Of a stretch of 10,375 bases of DNA, positions 6,127 to 10,375 are shown piece after piece. Made by a program: the position numbers and the translations under genes. How positions within the stretch are numbered: the stretch's first letter is position 1; every line of letters starts with the position of its first letter. Under the pieces are notes generated by a model. It did not search any database. It saw nothing but the letters and a program-made list of their open reading frames with translations, and was not told the origin of the DNA. This stretch comes from Candidatus Eiseniibacteriota bacterium (GTDB taxonomy: Bacteria; Eisenbacteria; RBG-16-71-46; DASYSL01), in contig JBKJJJ010000139.1 in NCBI GenBank assembly GCA_046598045.1, positions 1 to 10,375 of the forward strand, read 5' to 3'.

Positions 6127-9100
6127 CTACCGAATGACCGCGAACGGCTGGGTCAGCACCTGCCCGGCGGCCTCGATCCGGGCCAGGTAGAGTCCCGAGG
6201 GCCGGGACGCCGGGTCCCACGTGATCGCGTTGTCGCTCGCCTCCACGTCGCGGGTGATCGCATCGACCTCGTGGGCGGCCGGGTCGTAGATCCTGATGGT
6301 CACCCGCCCCGCCTCGCGCAGGCGAAACGCGAACGTGACCGGCGATTGCCGCGCGGGGTTCGGGTAGCACTTGAGCGAACCCTGGAGGATCGGCGTCGCC
6401 GATGCGGTCACCCCCGCGCCCAACCCGAAGACGCGATCCACCCAGTAGCCGCGGCCGGGCGCTCCGCCCTCGTGGCTCCACGCCGAGGATGCGGGCCGGC
6501 CCTGGCTGACGAGGGCCACGAGGCTGATCCCATAAAGCAGGCTGTCCCCGCCGGCGATGAACAGTACGGCCGGCCCGTCGGCCGCGGTGGCGTCATTGTC
6601 GATCGCACCGGTCCCGCGCGCGCCCACGGAGAGCCCGAGCGGGAACCCGCCCGGGACTCTGCGGTCGGCGTCGAGCGCAGTGAGCTTGCCATTGCCGAGC
6701 GAAGCGAGGATCAGGCTCGAGGCACCGGAACGGGTCAACGGCAGCGGCCCGGCCCTGGTCACGAAGCCTTCCTTCTCGGCCTGCGGCGGCCAACCCGGCG
6801 AAAGGGACCCGTTGTCATTCCAGTAGCCGACCTTGCCGCTCCGCGTCGTGAACAGGATCTCGGGCAGGCCGTCGCCGTCGATGTCGTCGAGCGCAGGCGC
6901 GTTGATGGGCTCGCCGAGGGGTTTGTTCTGGGAGAGCGGAGTTACCACGTAACCGCTCCCGACCGGCTCGAGTTGGGACACCGATCCGGCCGTGCGGTCC
7001 ACCACGACGACGTGGTTCACATAGCACGCTTCCGGAATGCACACCGTGCCGGGAGGAACGTCCGTCAGGAAGTACAGGGGTTGCAGGTCATGCCCGTCGG
7101 GCGCTGCGCCGGTGACGAGGCCGAGGTTGAAAGCCACCTCGCCGTGATCGCTCGCGGCGAAGTAGTTGTCGCCCGAGACTGCCAACCCGGTGACCCGGCC
7201 CGAGAGCGTGCGCACGACCGTCGGTGTCACGGATTCTGCTCCCGGGATTCCCGCGAACGCATTTGCGACCACGGCCCCGTTCGCGAGCCCCGTGAAGATC
7301 GTGGGCGGCAGGTTGGACACCCCCAGCAGGGGCGAAGCCCGCTGCGTGGCCGGCCCCGCGGTCACCGGCGCGGGCTGGACCACGGTCTCGATCGACGCGA
7401 CATGCCCGTCGGAGGTGAAGCGGACCAGGTGCAGCTTGCCGGTTTCGCCGCCTGCCAGGGCCCCTGGCGCGTCCTCGGCGGCCGCGAGGAACGGTCCCCC
7501 GTAGATCGGGTCGCGGTTGACGACCGCGACCTGGCGCAACGGCGCAGTCGCGCGCAGCACCACGTCGTCGCTCGCGCCCGGCACGATCGGCGAGCCGTCG
7601 GCATTGCGCACGTGCACGGCCGAGTCGCCGCCCGCCCACGCGATGCGCACCTGCAGGCCGGGCCCGAGCGGCGAAACCACGGGAGAAATCCCCGCAGGCG
7701 GTTGGACGACGTGTGCGGGCCAGCCCGCGAGGTCCCATTGCCGGGTCACGCGCACGGTCATCACGGGTCCGGGCGGACTCGTGAACTGGATGTCGAGATG
7801 CGGGTCGGTCTCGGAGTTCGTCAACAGGCGCGGGAACGTGGTGTCGTTGAAGCGCCCGCCGCTGGTGTCGGACCATGGATCCGTGGTCGCGCCGAGCGCA
7901 AACGGCGAGTTGAAGTCGCCGAGGTCGTCGAGCCCGTCGGCCTCCTCGATCTGGAGGCCGAAGCGCGCGCGGTTGACGTTCAGCCCGTAACCCGGGTCGG
8001 CGCGCGGCCCGAAGAAGTCGGCGACGCTTTCATCGACGTGCCACGCCAGCATTCCCGGCCCCGGCACCAGGAAGTCGTACTCGAGCGAGTCCGCGCCCGA
8101 GGGGCCGAGGATCACGCCGGTCCCCGGATCGCGCGTGATCTGCAGTTGCCCGTTGCCGTTCACGTCGTCGAGGCGGTTTTCGAGCAGCAGGTATTCATCG
8201 CCCGAGATCGGAACCTTGAAGACCGTGAAGTTCTCCTCGATGTCGCCCAGCGAAGCCTCCGTGCCGTAGGGCGGCTCAGGCGCCGTGGGAATGTCGTCGT
8301 AGACCAGGCGCTTCTGCCATGGATCGACCGCCGGCGGCAGGATACCGGTCGCGTAGACCGCGGTCCCGCTCGGGAACGTAACCGCATTGCCGACCAGGTT
8401 GCCGACGTCCATCAGGCTCCAGTACCCGACCGTGGGCAGGCCCGATTGCACGTCGTACACGTCGCGCCACCCGAACACGAGGTGGCCGAATTCGTGTGCG
8501 AGGACCGCGTTGATCGTGCCCTCGTAGCCGTCCTGGCGGATGCTCTCCGGCGCGAGCACCGCGGAGAACACGGTGTCGGCCTTGCTCGGCCCGAGCGCGA
8601 CCGCGTCGGTGTCGGCGACGCCGATCGTGAACGTCGGGATATCCTCGGGGCTGTCCGCGTTGACGTCGCTCTGCAGGTCCGATCCCGCGTGGAGGATCGC
8701 GATGCGATCGAACGTGCCCCACGGGATCGACTCGGTGGTGTCGGCCGCGACCAGGCAATCCTTGAACAGCTTCACGGCCGCCGTGTAGATCTCAGTCGAG
8801 AACTTCCACGGGCCGTAGTCCGCCATGTCGCTGAGGTGGAACGCCGAGTCGGGCTGGCTCGGGTAGACCGTGAACACGAGCACGACGCGGCCGCCCATCT
8901 GGTCGCGGTAATAGCGCCTCAGCGCCTCGCCGTGCGACTGGAAGAACGCGCGGTCGTGCGGCGTGGGATCAAGCGGGCGGTTGATCGAGTCGCGCGCCGA
9001 GAGGTCGAACTTGCCGTCCCCCGAGCTCGCGGCGCCGCCCGAGTCATTCCGGAAGTCCACGCGGATGAGCGCGACGCGGATCGTGTCGTCGCCGGGTGCG

Positions 9101-9516
9101 CTCGCGATCGCAAGCGGCGCGGAGTCGGCCCCGAATGCGCTCTTCCTCGCGGCCCGCTCGCGCATGGACTGGAACAGGTCGACGCGGCCCCGCCGCGCCG
9201 GGGAAACGATCGAGCGCGCGGGGTCGAAGCCCTGGCCGAAGATCTCGTGCGGGAAGGTCGCGCGCCGGCGCGCCAGCTCGGCGATCCCGCGGGGCGCGGG
9301 CACGAAGCCCGCAGCGCCGGCCACGCCCCCCGCCCCGGCGAACGAGCCGGTCACCGGGCGCGGCGCCTTCGCGCCGGCGGCGCCGGGGACCGCGGGCGCC
9401 TTGCGCAAAATGAGATCCCCCGGGGCCGCCAGGGCGGCCACCGGGGGAATCGTGAACGAAACCGTCGTCGCCAACGACGCGACAAGAAGCCAGGAAGCCA
9501 GGGCGCGTCGCGTCAC
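6127..9516 (-). CDS. Secreted M6-family (immune inhibitor A-like) zinc metalloprotease with FG-GAP-like repeats and a C-terminal T9SS type A sorting domain, 1129 aa
   Basis: Signal peptide MTRRALASWLLVASLATTVSFTIPPVAALA. M6-type landmarks: IRVALIRVDF, LRRYYRDQMGG, IAILHAGSD, the zinc motif AHEFGHLVFGWRDVYD (HEFGH at 8482-8496), the Met-turn GYWSLMD, and EYLLLENR...GMLAWHVDE...IEEADG. Calcium-loop motifs DDVNGNG and DDIDGDGLPEILF. The C-terminus LKCYPNP...VTIRIYD...ITWD...PSGLYLARIEA...FAVIR (6127-6375) fits the T9SS CTD/FlgD-Ig pattern. Confidence 0.88.
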   Translation of the reverse strand: MTRRALASWLLVASLATTVSFTIPPVAALAAPGDLILRKAPAVPGAAGAKAPRPVTGSFAGAGGVAGAAGFVPAPRGIAELARRRATFPHEIFGQGFDPARSIVSPARRGRVDLFQSMRERAARKSAFGADSAPLAIASAPGDDTIRVALIRVDFRNDSGGAASSGDGKFDLSARDSINRPLDPTPHDRAFFQSHGEALRRYYRDQMGGRVVLVFTVYPSQPDSAFHLSDMADYGPWKFSTEIYTAAVKLFKDCLVAADTTESIPWGTFDRIAILHAGSDLQSDVNADSPEDIPTFTIGVADTDAVALGPSKADTVFSAVLAPESIRQDGYEGTINAVLAHEFGHLVFGWRDVYDVQSGLPTVGYWSLMDVGNLVGNAVTFPSGTAVYATGILPPAVDPWQKRLVYDDIPTAPEPPYGTEASLGDIEENFTVFKVPISGDEYLLLENRLDDVNGNGQLQITRDPGTGVILGPSGADSLEYDFLVPGPGMLAWHVDESVADFFGPRADPGYGLNVNRARFGLQIEEADGLDDLGDFNSPFALGATTDPWSDTSGGRFNDTTFPRLLTNSETDPHLDIQFTSPPGPVMTVRVTRQWDLAGWPAHVVQPPAGISPVVSPLGPGLQVRIAWAGGDSAVHVRNADGSPIVPGASDDVVLRATAPLRQVAVVNRDPIYGGPFLAAAEDAPGALAGGETGKLHLVRFTSDGHVASIETVVQPAPVTAGPATQRASPLLGVSNLPPTIFTGLANGAVVANAFAGIPGAESVTPTVVRTLSGRVTGLAVSGDNYFAASDHGEVAFNLGLVTGAAPDGHDLQPLYFLTDVPPGTVCIPEACYVNHVVVVDRTAGSVSQLEPVGSGYVVTPLSQNKPLGEPINAPALDDIDGDGLPEILFTTRSGKVGYWNDNGSLSPGWPPQAEKEGFVTRAGPLPLTRSGASSLILASLGNGKLTALDADRRVPGGFPLGLSVGARGTGAIDNDATAADGPAVLFIAGGDSLLYGISLVALVSQGRPASSAWSHEGGAPGRGYWVDRVFGLGAGVTASATPILQGSLKCYPNPARQSPVTFAFRLREAGRVTIRIYDPAAHEVDAITRDVEASDNAITWDPASRPSGLYLARIEAAGQVLTQPFAVIR

Positions 9517-9528
9517 GGGGCGCAGGGT

Positions 9529-10374
9529 CTAGAAGTGCGCCGCGAGCGAGAACTTGCTGACGCGCGCGAGACGCGTGCCGCTCTCCGGGTCCTTCGCCTG
9601 CGGGATGCTCGCGAAGTCGATGTCGAAGAGCTTGTAGCCGATGCCGAACCCGTACGTCGGGTCCTTGATGCTGCCGTCGGCGTCGTGCACGTAACCCGCG
9701 CGCAGGGCGAGCGCGACTTCGGCGTTGTACGCGACCTCGCCGCCGAAGTTGAAGATCGGCTTCTGGTAGCGCTTCTTCGTGCTGCCGTCGGGCTGCGAGA
9801 TCTCGCCGCGCACGAGCAGCTGGTTCACGTCGCCGGTGACCAGCGCGGTGAACTCCTTCTTCTTGTAGGCATTGACCGCCACGCCGAGCTTCGCGTTGCG
9901 GTAGATCGGGTCGCTACGGTCGTCGGCGATGAACGAGATGCTCGGTCCCAAGTTCTGGATTGCGAGGCCGACGTTCACCAGGTCGCCCGGAACCTTGTAG
10001 AGCGCGCCGAGGTCGAACGCCACCGTGGAGCCCTTGCCGGCGCCCGGCAGGCCCGGAAGGTCGGGCGAGAGCTGGACGCGCACGTACTTGAAGCTCGCGC
10101 CCACGCCGAGACCGTTGATGACCTTCGTGCCGTACGACAGCGTCGGCGCGATTTCGTACGAGGTGAACGTGCCGAGGTCCTCGCCCGTCGGGGAGGTGGC
10201 CTGGCTCGTGCCGTAGCTCAGGTAGACGATCGAGGCGCCGAACGTGCCCCACGTCTTCACCGGGGTGGTGTACGCCGGGAACATGATGAACACGTCGTTT
10301 GCGAGGTCCGGGACCAGCTTGGCTTAGGTGAGGGATGCTTTCTTCTTGTCGAGGAATGCTAGGCCGCCGGGGTT
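9529..10374 (-). CDS. porV: PorV/PorQ-family outer-membrane beta-barrel (5'-truncated; in-frame TAA at 10324-10326)
   Basis: From the edge the frame reads NPGGLAFLDKKKASLT*AKLVPDLANDVFIMFPAY, matching the family's (W)NPAGLA motif. It continues GTFGASIVYLSYG...TGEDLGTFTSYEIAPTLSYG...LGVGASFKYVR, AFDLGALYK, NVGLAIQNLGPSISF, GGEVAY...LALRAGY, GFGIGY...IDFA and ends FSLAAHF (beta-signal). PorV proper versus a PorQ/UPF0164-like paralogue cannot be settled by eye. Confidence 0.8.
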
Positions 10375-10375
10375 C

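Noticed and set aside
9241..9440. GC-rich low-complexity stretch resembling a DNA repeat
   Set aside because: It encodes an Ala/Gly/Pro-rich linker or propeptide and has no regular nucleotide repeat unit.
10324..10326. Stop-codon reassignment or programmed readthrough in porV
   Set aside because: It is a single TAA in an anomalous edge region. The other genes are uninterrupted and end in TGA or TAG. TAA is not a selenocysteine or pyrrolysine codon.
5725..10362. 1545-aa plus-strand ORF
   Set aside because: It is an antisense shadow over the protease and porV, which have clear family motifs on the minus strand. Its Arg/Val/Gly-biased composition is typical of a non-coding frame.
1..10375. CRISPR array, tRNA/rRNA, IS or prophage elements
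   Set aside because: I saw no spaced direct repeats, RNA-gene signatures, or transposase/integrase motifs. The window is almost fully occupied by the six CDSs.

Overview
A very GC-rich window (roughly 70-75% by eye) that is almost fully coding, with six co-oriented minus-strand genes, all apparently for exported or envelope proteins. In transcription order: (1) a PorV/PorQ-family outer-membrane beta-barrel, cut at the right edge and carrying an in-frame TAA at 10324-10326 in a stretch that looks like low-quality sequence; (2) a 1129-aa M6/immune-inhibitor-A-like zinc metalloprotease with FG-GAP-like calcium loops and a C-terminal type IX secretion (T9SS) type A sorting domain; (3, 4) two tandem, divergent paralogues with a DUF5683-like S-x-x-(L/I)-P-G-x-G-Q motif and a C-terminal Phe; (5) a secreted NHL-repeat beta-propeller; (6) a >1080-aa predicted outer-membrane beta-barrel protein with SprA-like N-terminal motifs. 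Gene 6 is missing from the supplied ORF track because it runs off the left edge; I translated it by hand and the frame is open from 3245 to 3. The only sizeable intergenic gap (5967-6126) holds an AT-rich inverted repeat, a small hairpin and a possible -24/-12 element. Overall this looks like a T9SS-associated locus from a high-GC FCB-superphylum bacterium, possibly outside Bacteroidota (for example Ca. Eisenbacteria-like; this is inference). No RNA genes, mobile elements or CRISPR arrays were seen. Family assignments come from motif recognition only; no searches were run.
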